The position numbers were made by a program, and so were the translations under genes. Of a DNA stretch of 64,000 bases, positions 1-13,584 are shown piece after piece (position 1 is the first letter of the stretch; every line of letters begins with the position of its first letter). Location: NCBI GenBank assembly GCA_003344405.1, contig NOWV01000014.1:124001-188000 (forward strand), read 5' to 3'. The notes under the pieces are model-generated. The model was given only the letters and a program-made list of their open reading frames with translations. It ran no database searches and had not been told where the DNA came from. Origin of the DNA: Trichoplax sp. H2 (taxonomy: Eukaryota).

Positions 1-3000
1 GAATATAATTGTCGCATACTAAAGCAATACCGTACCTATTACTTTAATAAATGGTGGCCTACAAGACGGAAACGTGGCCAAAATATCCAGAAAAGAGATA
101 GAAGAATTGCATATTAAATTGGTGTAATCGTTTCCTCCTAATGCATAAAGACCATTTATTTATTAGCTTACTTTACTCGATACTACAACCGTATATGTGT
201 ACGTGCTATCATATGCAATATTAACTTTCCATGCAACAAATTCATGCTTAACCTTCGCGACTAGATAATTGGAGTAATCTTTTCCTCTCGTTTTGATTTT
301 CCGTATACTCTGCTAACATACGTAAAGTAGCCTAGACAAATACAGAATATTGATATGTTATAGATGTTGCGATGCTCCTTCATCTGGATATCTGTGAAAT
401 GAACTAAGACCTTTTTAGGTATGCTTCGTATATCGCAGTGAAACATTAAAGCTTCTTTTATAGTACAATCTTTGGGAATATGATCAGGAATCTTTGGAAC
501 TAAGTATATAAAAGCAAATAGAATGAAAATTCTTTATTTCTCGTAGATCTGATCGTTACATATTAATAGAGCTATTATGCTATAGATGCTTACGTCGTTT
601 CTTAGTTTCCGACATAACCCGTAAAGTAAATGTCCTATTACGTATGTCGATAAGACCCAACCTATATTGTTAAATATTTAAATTATACCATGACGAATTA
701 ATGAATCCATCATAAGAATTGAGAATATAGCTGGTATTATTCAATTTCAGATACTTCCAGGAAGATACCTTGAAATAATCCAGTTTACTTCTTCTTCATT
801 ATTAGGGCAGAATACATTAATGGAATCTCCCGGTAAAAAATCTATGCTTTCATCCTAATTGTTTGATATACGTATATTTAGGATAACTAATATCATCTAC
901 AGCACATTAAGAATATGCTATAAATAAAAAATTACAATTACGTTTTGACAGAGAACTAATTCTAAAACTTTCTTTATGGCATTTTCAGCAGTCAAATATT
1001 TCGCTTCCTGAACGTTGGCTAATATTATATCTGTACGAGCTCCTATACATCTATTTACATAATCGCAACTTGCGGTATTGTCGAGCTATCCGAAATTAAA
1101 GAAGGTAACGACAAATATTACAACAAAACTATGATGATTTGACAAGATATCATCTATATATGTGTCAGTAATACCATATCAGTATCAGCTTGATCCGTTT
1201 CCGATATTTCAATATTTAAATATGGCATTGGTAATGTAGGTAGCTTTAAATCTTAGTAATAAATGCGAAAAAATAAATGAATATCACTTAATATTTAGCA
1301 TGCCGTTGTAATAAATATATAATTTAAAAAATTGCAAACCTTCAGGAAATGTCGCATCATACTCTTTCAGTTTTGATTCTAGCTGGATAACTTCATGCAT
1401 ACCAGCTAAAAGCTCTTTAGCGTTTTGTTCCAGAAGCTGTTCCGGTGCAATTTTCATTGATTCCGTATTTTCGGAAAGTCGGTCAATCGTGTTATTTAAG
1501 GAGTCCTTAGGACTACCTGTGGCATATGTCTCTTCAGTATTAGAAATATTACTACTGCCCGATAGGATTTCACTTGCTTTAACTTGATTATCCATACTTA
1601 TTGGTGATATGGCATCATTAGAACCAGTCGTCGATATATTTACATTATCCTTCAATTAAAGAACATACCATTATATGATTTACACCCATTGCAGCTCATT
1701 CCTTTTATTACTTTCTATACATAAGATGAGAAACTTAATTTCCGTATTATTGGTACGTAATTGCAATACTTTCTGTAAAGCATCCCATAATCCGTCTTTC
1801 CACGGCTCTACAACTATCTCCAACCTATAAGTAGGGGCAAATATTATCATTATCAACTTGTAAATAACCCGGTATACACAATGTAATCCTACTAGTACTG
1901 TAATAATATAATACCTACCCAACTGCATCATCGGCGCATCCAATTGGATAAAAACTGCTTGCTCCTAACGTTTCCAGCAGGCCATTCAGCGTTTTACCGC
2001 AGTTACAAAAATTGTTGTAATTAGTATCTCCAAGGCCTAACAATTTGCAAATCATGTACCATAAAGATGAAAAGAATAATTCAACCATTAAAAATATTTT
2101 CACGTGTTTTAGGAACAATAAACGAAAGCAGAAGTGAGCCATTTTTATGAAAGATTGCTATAACACATACCCAATAGTGCGTAAGACAGGTTGGATAAAT
2201 GATCCTTAGGTACACTTTTACGTTTAAGTTTACGGATAAATTTGCCAGCATTATCCGGAGGATCTCCATCACCGGTTGTCGATATGACGAATACTGCTTT
2301 CTTGACTTGAGTGATATTAAACTACCCCAGAGCAACATAAGTCCACGTTAGACATTTAATCTATTAGTATGTCCTCTTGTGTTCAATTAGATATCATATA
2401 CCTACGTATAACTTAACGAAATTATACATCTAATAACAGGCATGGTTCAAATATCAATCGATGGTGACATTATAAGCTATCAGGAGGATCTTTTAACACC
2501 AGTAGTCGATACGACATACACTATACAATACTACTTTCTTGACTTAACTGGTATTAAATTGCACAAGAGTGAGATAATCCCATGCAGCTCGTAGAGAACT
2601 AATTTACGAGAATTTCTTTGCGTTGAATTATAATTAGATATCATGTACTGTACATATGTGCATATATATATATATATATTGTCGAATTATTTATCTAACA
2701 ATAGGTATGGTTTAAATAACGGGTAGATTTTCGCAATTAGGCATTAGTGATAAAATTAAGCCGATTATTAACGTGATTATCGAAATAGATATGAATTATA
2801 CTGTACCATTGATTGCTAGCTCGATACAGTAAAACTAAAGCTGGAAAAATAATTTATATCTCATGAAAATTCTCTAGAAAGAGTAACGTAATCTCTATTA
2901 GATAATAGCAACATCTATTAGATATGCAGTACAGTAAGTCAAAGTACAACTCATTGGAATCCTACAGAACAATGATTTGACCTCAATTAGGATTTCTTAA

Positions 3001-3483
3001 TTCTATAGGATAGACCACGTATAAATTTGAAGTAAATTATGCCTCATTCATTAATATACTGTGCATATTATGGATCCCTTTTAGCAATATGACTACATTA
3101 TACTGTACTATGTACTCGTGTTTTGGAAGGCATTGTACGAGTATATGAACGAGTATAGAACTTACTGTATTCAATTGCGAATGCAACATGTCGTTGTTGT
3201 GAGTCGGCTAACTACATTACCACTCTATGATTAAACATGACTAGTCAGGTACTACTAGGTACTACTAGTTCCATTAGGAACTAGCTGCACAGATAAATTC
3301 TATCCAAATAGTACCATTTCATCTAGCACTGACCTTTTTATCATGTTGATCTAAGCAAAGCAACTTGGAGTCGAAATGACGATCAAGGCATTGCTGATAG
3401 ATATCTTCGGCTATCGTTTGAGCTTGGCCAGTTTGAGAGCCGTATAAAACATAAATAGTATCAGCACAACTAAAATTGGACAT
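1..3483 (-). CDS. MTRR: Methionine synthase reductase (diflavin reductase), multi-exon; 5' portion only, runs off the left edge
   Basis: Hand-spliced. Exon 1 (3483-3334) reads MSNFSCADTIYVLYGSQTGQAQTIAEDI, a flavodoxin P-loop. The exon at ~2321-2171 reads VFVISTTGDGDPPDNAGKF...YALLG, the one at ~2038-1918 GLGDTNYNNFCNCGK...ADDAVG, and the next LEIVVEPWKDGLW. ADDxVGLE.VVEPW is MTRR-typical. A low-complexity linker exon (~1650-1340) and FAD-domain exons (FLPGDSINVFCPNNEEEV) follow. Confidence 0.85.
2255..2720. repeat. Degenerate tandem duplication (~200-240 bp) including a pseudo-copy of the 5' part of MTRR exon 2
   Basis: ggaggatc...gtcgata...tttcttgactt...tattaaa...aattagatatcat occurs at ~2255-2455 and again at ~2480-2720. 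Confidence 0.7.
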
Positions 3484-4013
3484 GGTGATACCTCAAGCAT
3501 ATCCTCTATACGACGCTTAATAAAAGGGTCTTGATTTGAAATGTTAAAGCAATTTAAGATTTATGCATGGAATTCAACCCGGCAACCATTGAAATCGTTT
3601 CTGTGCTGGAGAGTCGTCTAATTCTAATGTTATATAAGCTATACTACGGCTGTGCACTGAAGTATACTACATTAGCCTGTCATGGATCAACGCGTGCTAC
3701 CCATGCAAGAACACAGGTGACGATTCTTTTTCTATGCAAACGACTGACATCCAACTACTACATGATACAGTATACAGTGCCAAAAATTTTGAACCGGCCG
3801 ATCCTCTCTGTCCGGCTATCCGGTTACCCCCCCCCCATTCATTTTACCGACTTGATGTGCTTGGTGTGCGCATCCTCCTTAAGCACTCCCGCCAGATTTC
3901 AAGTCAAAAAACAGGATCCTCGACAACATTTTGCCTCAGAGTTAATCCATCTAAAACATTCAAAAAGAACTGCTGAAATTAGCTGCGACTAACCCTGGTA
4001 GAAATCGAACAAG
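3484..4013. promoter_or_regulatory. Putative bidirectional promoter/5'UTR region between divergent MTRR and DNAJC9
   Basis: Only 530 bp separate the two divergent ATGs (3483 -, 4014 +); locally GC-richer patch at ~3790-3895. Confidence 0.5.
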
Positions 4014-6447
4014 ATGACTTTGCTAGATGATTGCCAAGAGCACTTTGCTTCTCGCGATCTTTATCAAATAATTGGTGTGGATAAATCGGCAAGTTCATCG
4101 GAGGTTAAACGAGCTTACTACAAGTTATCATTGAAAGTCCATCCAGATCGTGTTGATGAGGTACGGTAAGAATTCGCCGTCCTTCATGTCGATAATAATT
4201 ACGTAACTATCGTTAATTAGCTATGCCATCATTCTACAGTTCTACAAACAGGGTTATCTGCAGTATAAAATGAGTAGTATTGCGGTATTTGTCGCTCTAT
4301 GCTGTATGAATACTTCTCGATAGGACATTGGTCAATCAACATGATCTACAGTACGCGTACGAGTATATAAATAATAATAATATACAGTATAATTAATCTA
4401 AAATAAGATTTAGATAAAGTTCGCGTGCAATGCTGCAACCTAGAGGACTCATTTAGCAGCCTTATTCACTGGTCCACTCAGTGCATTTTTACAGACCAGT
4501 TATTTAAATCAGTCTAACCGGAAAGCGTTTTGTTAAATAACAATAAATATGATAATGTTAGTGTCTTGATGATATGTACTACTTTCCCCTGAAGTAAATT
4601 AGAAAGCAGGGGCAAGAAATAAAATTGCCTCTTATAGTACGTTAATACGTGACTTATAAATACGTTAATTCAGTCACTATTAGGTATATTGTTAAAGGTA
4701 GCCTAGCGGTAGCTATAATTCAACCTAGCGTACTCATAGTAACAAATTCACATACAGTTTTTGCCGTACTGCAGGTTGGTTAGCCTTGAATGTCGATGCA
4801 TTGCTTTGCATATTCTTGATATTGCAGTATAGGTAGTGTACATATTTTAACGGAATTCGCAGTCATCAAAATAAATAAAGACATTGAACTGGAAAGTGAT
4901 AAACAGCAAGAATTAGGATGTTTTTATCTTCTACTATTCCAAGATGCTATATCCACTAAATCAAACTATTTATACTACTTTTACTTACAGTACAGTATAC
5001 CATCAACAAGACCGGAAATAGCTCAATACTTGACTTCTGAATACATTAATATAATCATTTTTAGATTTCCTGACAAAAAGTAGACTAGTGCTGGAGTAGC
5101 CATTATTTAAGATTAGAATTACGAGATTCTTATGCTATATCAAGCTTAAGCCAAATTTCCTTAGAAGCACACTCATCGCGTACTAGTGGCATAACACGCG
5201 GTCGTATTTTATTATAGTAGCTGCAGTAGACGCAGGGAAATACTCTTTCAATTTATTGTACACAAGAAGATATAAAAAGGGGTTTGAATAGGGTACATTT
5301 ACAATTGAATGTAGGGAGAGCGAGAAAGTAGCACCAAGAAATTTCAAGTATTAGGTCGGATACACAGTGTATTGTCAAACTCTGACGCTAGAGCTCTTTA
5401 TAATGAATCCGGTGAAATTCTCGATGAAGATCTACCTGAAGCGCAGCAAGATCGTGACTGGAGCCAGTACTGGCGATTACTATTTCCAAAAATTACTTTA
5501 AAAGATATTCAAGAATTCGAAACAAAGTATAGAAGTATGCTTGCTTGTTATAATTTTGTAGAAATTTCACCTCTAATGCTCATCTTCGTGTACACGTGCA
5601 AGGAGCTCTGCATCGATTGTCAGTAATTTGTTAAACTTAAACTAAATGATACATAATTATTCTGAATAACTTAAACTACAACACTGTAAATTGCAATGCT
5701 GTACTTAAGATTCAGCTACTGATGTCTATTAACGAATTGAAGATCTTACACAAACCTAACTTATATTTTAGCGTCCATAAATGACGCAAAGTTAAATCGT
5801 TTTCAGCGTAGAACGTGCGTATACGAATATACTGTACACGCAAGAATAATCTTAAAATTTTATACCTATTATTTATTACTGGAGGTTCAGCTTAATAATA
5901 AAATATATCTTCGTTGATATGTTTCCAGATTCTGCTGAAGAAAAGAATGATTTGATTGGATACTATGTACAGCTCGAAGGAGATATGGAGACGATCATGG
6001 AAAATATGATGTGTTCTCGAATCGAAGATGAGGATCGCTACTACAAAATTCTCAATCCACTTATTGAAAGTGGTGAACTTCCAGAGTTTAAATCCTTTCA
6101 ACGTGATTCAAAAAAACGAAAGAAAAGGAAGAAAAATGTAATTCCCTCCTATCCTTCATTGTACCTTAACGGATTATAACATAGACTGGAGACATGGTGC
6201 ACTAAATTAATTATTGTTTATAACATAGTCAGAACTTAATATGCTTGTATTATCAATTACACAGGCTGAGAAAGAAGCAAGAGAAGCGACAAAATTAAAG
6301 CAGGAATTAGGCATTAATGAAAGTAACGATTTAACCTCAATGATTCTAAAAAGACAGGAAAATAGGATGCGACAATCTGAGAACTTTCTTGCATCGTTAG
6401 AAGCAAAATATGCTAACAGCTCCAAAAAGGGTAAAAAGAGAAAATAG
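4014..6447 (+). CDS. DNAJC9: DnaJ homolog subfamily C member 9 (~252 aa; exons 4014-4160, 5315-5534, 5929-6137, 6265-6447)
   Basis: J-domain [22 protein letters not shown]...[13 protein letters not shown] with HPD motif, then [28 protein letters not shown] and C-terminal [13 protein letters not shown] introns keep frame (759 nt). Confidence 0.93.
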
Positions 6448-7436
6448 TTCTCTGAAATTTTGAATATTTGAAATTTTTTCGTTTCTGTAATGATTTAAAA
6501 TAGTGTACGATGCCCATTTCAAATGAAATGTAAATCACCATCAAATATTCTGTTAGCTATTGGATAAGGTATACTACCTAACATATCAGGATACCCTTTA
6601 ATATATACGTATGTACGAACTCGTATAGCAAATCATTGAGGAAAGTGTAGGTTTATTTTTAATTCTTGAAATTTGTAGTTAATATCTTGTTGCTGTTGAC
6701 AATTTTCTGACTGTTATCGTAAAACCGAACAGACTTTGCGTGTATGAATTCAGGCTAACATAATTAGCTCTGTGAACTAGAGTCATGCATATGCTAATTA
6801 CATCAGGTCTATATCTGTGAAATATGCATAGTATTTATTTAAAATCGTTGTAAATTTAAAGTAAATTTAATAAATAAATTTGCATTGATTTCGAATAAGT
6901 TAAAATATGATAATCCGAAAGAAAACGGAGGCAGTTGTATTGCTATTCTTATTTATCAGTGAGATATACATAGAAATATTCTTATCAAGCTTAAAATAGA
7001 AAGATCACCTGATCAGGTATAGAAATGAAGATGCTATAACACACAAAAGATGCCATAACAACGTGCATATGTTGATAAATCATTCAAGCAAGTTACCTAT
7101 ATTTAAGAACTAAAAATAATACCATACAGTTTTAGACATCACCGGAGGATGTCAAGTTGTCATACACGGTTGCTACTACGAGCATATAAACTTAATTATA
7201 TTATGTAGCTCACTTGTGACGTTAAAGAAGCAAATTTAAATTTAGTGTGTGCGACACTCTGCCGTGAATATTTGCAGATAAAATTGCCATCGTAGCTAAT
7301 ATATAAATTGTCAATAACAATTACATAATATAGTTCTATTCATAATTTCGTGCTATAAAATAGTCGTTCCATAATTTGCAAGAAATATCCAATAGGTCAG
7401 TCTTCCGTGCCTTCTATAAGTGTATCATGGTCATAA

Positions 7437-10400
7437 TCACTGTTGGTGAAAATTCGAATTGTATTCGTCACGATGGGGGTAATCTTGATCAAACCTTTGA
7501 GCATTGCCACCACCGCGGTACCTAACATTTCTATATAAAAAAGTTAAAGTCCATTGTTATACTATGTCATCAAAACATAGTATGCTACGCATAGCTATAA
7601 TTCTTTATCACACGTCTAATCAAAAGACGGCTACAGGCAATATTGCCTATCTGGAACATATGTATCATTACTAACCCTGGTTGATTCGATATTGGACCGG
7701 CATCGTGAGCAGCTGGAAGAGTACGTCGTGGTTGCTTCGATTTTTTGTTGGAATTTTGAATTAAACTTAATATTAGTCGATATAACACGATAAATGGAGT
7801 TAACAGCCACCACAAAAAATCTCTTAAATCATCCTTCCATGACGCTTGCTCATACTCTTCCGAACTTCCCTACAACCCAAATCATTGCATATATTGAATG
7901 AATAAATGGTAATCACATAACAGTTTGTTCAAGGTTGCTTAAGACGCTTTAATCTCACTAGATGATCATTACCGGTAACACCATCAAGACAGCGCTAGGA
8001 ACTAGATGCAACGATTCTAATGATTCCAAATAATAATCGTCAGTGAGTTGTTTTCGAGGATGTAGAGTAGCCAAAGTAAAGGGTCCAAAGTCTGGTCCAA
8101 CATACTAAGTGAGTGAAACAAATACCACTATAATTTAACACAATACTTTGAAACAATTAACACACACACTCTATTATTCCTTTCTCTTATTGTAGTTACA
8201 TTGTACCTGTGCAACATGTGCAACGACATCCTCAAGCAACTCGTGGGAGTGAAATTCTCGATTCATTGAAGATCCATCCGGAAATCTAAACTGTATTTTA
8301 CAGGTCTCATTGGTGTGATCTTCAGTCGTAAAGCCACCGGTATCTACCATTGGCATATTAGCCGCTTCTTCTTCAGCTTTTTGTCTTTCCATCAACATTC
8401 TACGCTTTTCTTCAGCAGCTTCTCTTTCTCGCTTTATTTTTTGGTCAACCGGTTGCTTTATTTCCATATGCAATGTAAAAGTAAATTTAGTTATATCTTT
8501 GCCATATTGTGAATTTTAACTATAAGCACTATTAATTGCATTTCAATATAAGTCGTTGTTATTTAAAATATTGCAATACCTCTGGTTTACTGGCCGGCTT
8601 GCGTCTAAAATAAAAAGTTGATCAAGTTATATAAATTACTTACAATTTAAAAAAGCAATTAAAGATGCAACTCCCAAGTATTTTTTATTAAAAGAATGGA
8701 TATGCGAGTATAACACACTTGGACTATATTTCGAAAACTAAGCGTATGGTATTATAAAATTTCATTAAAACATTTATAATATTGCCTTCATTTTGTATAG
8801 CTACATATTGTAAATGTATATTTTCTATAGGCATAATTATTGCAACTACATCCTAACTCACACATAATCTGTTCCAGTAAAGATTTAAAGATGGATATTA
8901 TTATACTTTAGCTTTTTTCTGTATATGCGAACTTTAAATGTATTGAGGCCATACTAGGTCAAAGGTAAGTTTACTACGTATATTGTGATTTCCACTTAAA
9001 TGTACGTTAAAGGAATAATATGTATTAAAATACACTCTAATTATGCATAAAAGAAACATTAATGATCCTACGACAAAGAAAAAAGTTACAGTAACCATCT
9101 TACCCTAAACCGAAGAAGCCGGCTTGTGCAGCTGGCGGAGGTTCTTCGTATTTAGTCTGATTATATCCTGCAGGCTGATTTACTGATCCACCAGCAGCCT
9201 CAATTGATGCTAAGTGTTGTTGATGAACCTAACGATATTAAAGTGGCACTTTTGCATGAAGCTTTCAATTTTCAAAAAAGCCTTATCATCAGTTGGCTTA
9301 AAAGTGTTGCTTACAATTATATTAATTCCATAATCAATAGCAATGATACTTACTTGGATGGCTTCATTAGCTCTAACTAAAAATTGGCTTGGCTGGATAT
9401 TTCCAGCTAAAATTTCAATTGGCATTCCATTTTGACCTACGAAGTATGTAGATGGTACGTGCAAAACGGGATCTGATATATGCAAACAACTTAAATTAAG
9501 GATAAATAGCTCAGATAATCGCTTATATGTACAATTAATGGATTTAATACAAGGACTAAACAATTTTTATTGTCGTATAAAAGGGTTTGCACTAACGTTT
9601 AATCTAATATTAAGATGGATGATAAGAATGAAATCAGTCAGCCGCCTAGATAGTTAATTTAATTATGTGATATGCCAGGGTATTTCTAAAGGGAAGCTTT
9701 AAAGCGTAAAATATACAAATAAAAATTTCTTTTACCAAAATCTGAAGGTTTAATCAAAATAATAGGAGCTTTAATAAAGTTATAGAAAATTAAAATATTT
9801 TTACCCTTTCGTAAAATATCCTTCTCAAGTTACAATTACTGTTAATTTTAGAATGATTTTGGTGTGTTACTATACACGGTACAGTAATCACTTTAAATAC
9901 GAACGCGGATTCAGTCGTGATATTGTTTAATTAGTCAGTTTGATAAAAGTATTGATTTGCTTACAAGATATAAAATCCTGACTAGTTATAAAAAATACAT
10001 TTTTAAATCTCAGGGTCATGCCACGAAACAGACACTTCGAAGTTGAAAGTCTCGTGATTTTTAATAAACCGAATAGTATCAAAAATCCTACTGTACTTAC
10101 TGTAGGATTATCGTTTTAATCTTGAAGACAAGAAAGAAAAGGATACATATTTGGCTGAATTGCTTTCCTTCTTTGCTGAAAGTTATAAAAAGAACGAATT
10201 TAACACGAATTATACGATTTAAAGGGTGGCAAATCCTGGTAATACTCATATTTCAAACGTTTTGATATACAGTAGAGTAATTAACCGCGAGTTTTATACT
10301 CAAGAATGAATTGATTACATTTCAATCAAGCTGATCAGCAATATTCATTACCTGTTGACATCAAATCGGCATGAAACGAAGTGCTCTTTCGACAACATTT

Positions 10401-11697
10401 GTACCTAATAGGTTAGAAAAGTCAGTATCAGAGCTAAATCTTTATGTTGAGTATTGCATAAACTCGTACTACATCATAACATACTATACTATACTGTACA
10501 ATTTCTTATATACTGTATAAGAGTATGGTCATTATCTTAGTACAGTAGAATAAAAGTATTATGATAGTATTGTATTTACATCTTCTTCTTCCCATGTTTT
10601 CTCCATTTCCTTTGAAGCTTGGTTAGACCCTAAATGAATCAATAAAAGTAATGATGATCTATCGATGTAGGTCCATTTATGTACTATGCAACGTTTCAAT
10701 CTTTCATGCAAACGCCTATTTTTACTCATTCTAAAGTATTATAATGATGAGGAATGAAAATGTATAGCTGTATAAATAAGCTTCTTAACGATATTCTCTG
10801 TAGGTAGAAATTTGAGATTCAATTTCATCTTGCTTATGGCTAAATATTGTAACCATAATGGAATACACTGCCGACTTTGATGGCAAAAGTACGTACAGTA
10901 CAAAAAGTACGATCATTTACTATGCGTAGTCAAGAGTATGATTCATCATCATTTACTTTTAAGTAGACGCAAAAATTGTATCTATATCAACATTGTTCAA
11001 TTTACGGTATATTTACTGTGTAGTCTACTCCTCTGATACTGGTTCACAGCAAAGCATACGATATTATCCGCTTTTTAATAGCGTCTAAAATAGCAAAAAT
11101 TAACAGCATAAAGTTACAAGCCACTAGGGTAGAAGTTTTACAGCAATATTGATCTATGCATGAATAATTTTCCTCCATCATTTGTATGTATATCCATCGC
11201 ATTCAAGCTCTACGCCTTCCTCTACTCAACTTCTTTGATACGATTAGCAACTGATTTATAGTAAAGTGTAAATCAGGCGCGGCAATTGGCGTCTACAATA
11301 GTAGCCATTAGCGGCAGGCAACCATAAGCTTTAAAAAATTATTATTATCACATTAAACGATGCATGAACAATTTTTCTCCATCATTTGCATCTGTATCTA
11401 CATGGTTCCATTTTTTTATGCCTCTGTTTACAGTATAGTCTATTTCTGTGATACAATTTGCAATTAATTTCCAGTAAAGTATGAATCATGAGCGTCATTA
11501 GTGTCTAACATAGTCGAAATTGAGTTAGCAAGACGAAGAGCATTTGTCAAATTTTAATTCAACATCGATCGATGGCAAGGGAAATTTTTCCCCTACTATC
11601 GCACTGAAATCATCTTACCATGCATGTAGATCATAAAGATATATCGCTTCATTTTAGCATAAGCGACTGCTTGAGAAATTGTTCCAGTATACCACAT
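7437..11697 (-). CDS. UBXN4: UBX domain-containing protein 4 (erasin), multi-exon
   Basis: Starts MWYTGTISQAVAYAK (11697). Later exons read SKEMEKTWEEED, PVLHVPSTYFVGQNGMPIEI (UAS/thioredoxin-like), a coiled coil, UBX domain CKIQFRFPDGSS and a hydrophobic hairpin FLWWLLTPFIVLY. The last exon ends DEYNSNFHQQ* (TGA 7439-7437). Confidence 0.85.
11157..11560. repeat. Degenerate ~205-bp tandem duplication in UBXN4 intron 1
   Basis: gcatgaa.aatttt.ctccatcatttg at 11158 and 11362, with further collinear matches (agtaaagt...aatca, gtcta). Confidence 0.65.
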
Positions 11698-12419
11698 TTT
11701 AACCGCAATAATGATATGAAATAGATGGAAAAAAGACGAGCAAGATTGCAACCGTATGGTTCCTAAGCGATGCAAGATCGATTTGGCCAAGATAGAAACT
11801 GAAACGATCCCAACTAGGCATCGTCTACAGTATATATAGACAGTACAGTACAAGACAGGAAAGATCCTGACGACGATGTACTGTACACTGTACATTATTA
11901 CTGTTGTTGGATTTTCTTAATACCTGTCTGTATATTATATTTGCTACTCTTGTTTCTTACACTATACAGTATACAGTATGGTCGTCGTTGAGTGCTATTT
12001 CGGCTGGTTACAATCATCATCGTCAAGCCCAACTTGGAGTATGATTCTACTCCACTGGACAAATATTAATACAGTACATATATTACAAGGGTACTATCTG
12101 AGTATCAACCCAATAATGCATCTTGCAAGATTGACTGCAGCAGACTGTCGATGCATGACTCATACATCGCTCAATCACCCATACAGTCCATCATGAACAA
12201 GATGAACACCATATTTAGATGGAGAGGGACGCCAATTTGCTAGCTTAATTCCTCTACCATCATCGAAGATCGTCAACGAGAATTGCTATCCATGAGATCA
12301 GTAAAGTCCTCATCAGTTCACGATAGCTCTATGGATAAACGATCGAGAGGATGCAATCTGTATGCAGTATGAAATGGAAATTGATTCATCATTTGACTAT
12401 CGAATGATGGGTGGGGAGA

Positions 12420-13584
12420 TGGTATTTGATTCCTCCTGCAAATGGCCGAATAATAATTATTAATTAGTAGAAGTGAATAACAAGAACGGCTAAGGATGAG
12501 ATCGTTAAAAGGTCCATATCTATTAGGGCCGTGGGCATGATGGGGGATTGTATTCAATTCCTCCTGCAAATGGCCGAATAATAATTAATTAATAGAAGTG
12601 AACTACAAGAACAGCTAAGGATGAGATCGTTAAAAGGTCCCTACCTATTAGGGCCTTAGGCATAATGAGGGATTGTATTCAATTCCTCATGCAAATGGCC
12701 GAATAATAATTAATAAATAGAAGCGAACAACAAGAACAGCTACGGATGAGATCGTTAAAAGGTCCCCTATCTATTAGGGCCGTAGGCATGGCTTGATATG
12801 AAATTAGAGATGCAATCTCTTGCAAAATGTGCAATTTATTAGCAGCATGAAATAGGAATCGATCAATAGCTTTATCGCCTGGCGGTAATTGAATGCGTAT
12901 AATATTGACAAAAAAAGTAGCCAACAACTACTAAAGCTGAGATTGCAAAAACCCACTGTCAGATNNNNNNNNNNNNNNNNNNNNGCTAAGGATGAGATCG
13001 TTAAAAGGTCCCTATCTATTAGGGCCGTGGGCATGATGGGGGATTGTATTCAATTCCTCCTGCAAATGGCCGAATAATATTCATTAATAGAAGTGAACTA
13101 CAAGAACAGCTAAGGATGAGATCGTTAAAAGGTCCCTATCTATTAGGGCCGTGGGCATGATGAGGGATTGTATTCAATTCCTCATGCAAATGGCCGAATA
13201 ATAATTCATTAATAGAAGTGAACTACAAGAACAGCTAAGGATGAGATCGTTAAAAGGTCCCCTATCTATTAGGGCCGTGGGCATGATGGGGGATTGTATT
13301 GAATTCCTCCTGCAAATGGCCAAATAATAATTAATGAATAGAAGTGAACAACAAGAACAGCTACGGATGAGATCGTTAAAAGGTCCCCTATCTATTAGGG
13401 CCGTAGGCATGGCTTGATATGAAATTAGAGATGCAATCTCTTGCAAAAATGTGCAATTTATTAGCAGTATGAAATAGGAATCGATCAATAGCTTTATCGC
13501 CTGGCGGTAATTGAATGCGTATAATATTGACAAAAAAAGTAGCCAACAACTGCTAAAGCTGAGATTGCAAAAACCCACTGTCAG
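12420..13584. repeat. ~125-bp tandem satellite with higher-order structure (A3-B)-gap-(partial A, A3-B)
   Basis: Unit attcctc(c/a)tgcaaatggcc...ggatgagatcgttaaaaggtcc...tattagggcc starts near 12429, 12557, 12682, 13053, 13177 and 13303. A ~175-bp B block lies at ~12790-12964 and ~13410-13584. 20 Ns at 12965-12984. Confidence 0.92.

Noticed and set aside
3567-3992. 141-aa and 80-aa ORFs between MTRR and DNAJC9
   Set aside because: No recognisable domain; they lie in the divergent promoter/UTR interval.
12420-13584. CRISPR-like appearance of the regular repeats, and the ORFs called within them
   Set aside because: Whole ~125-bp units repeat with no unique spacers, there are no cas genes and the context is eukaryotic. 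The ORFs are repeat translations.
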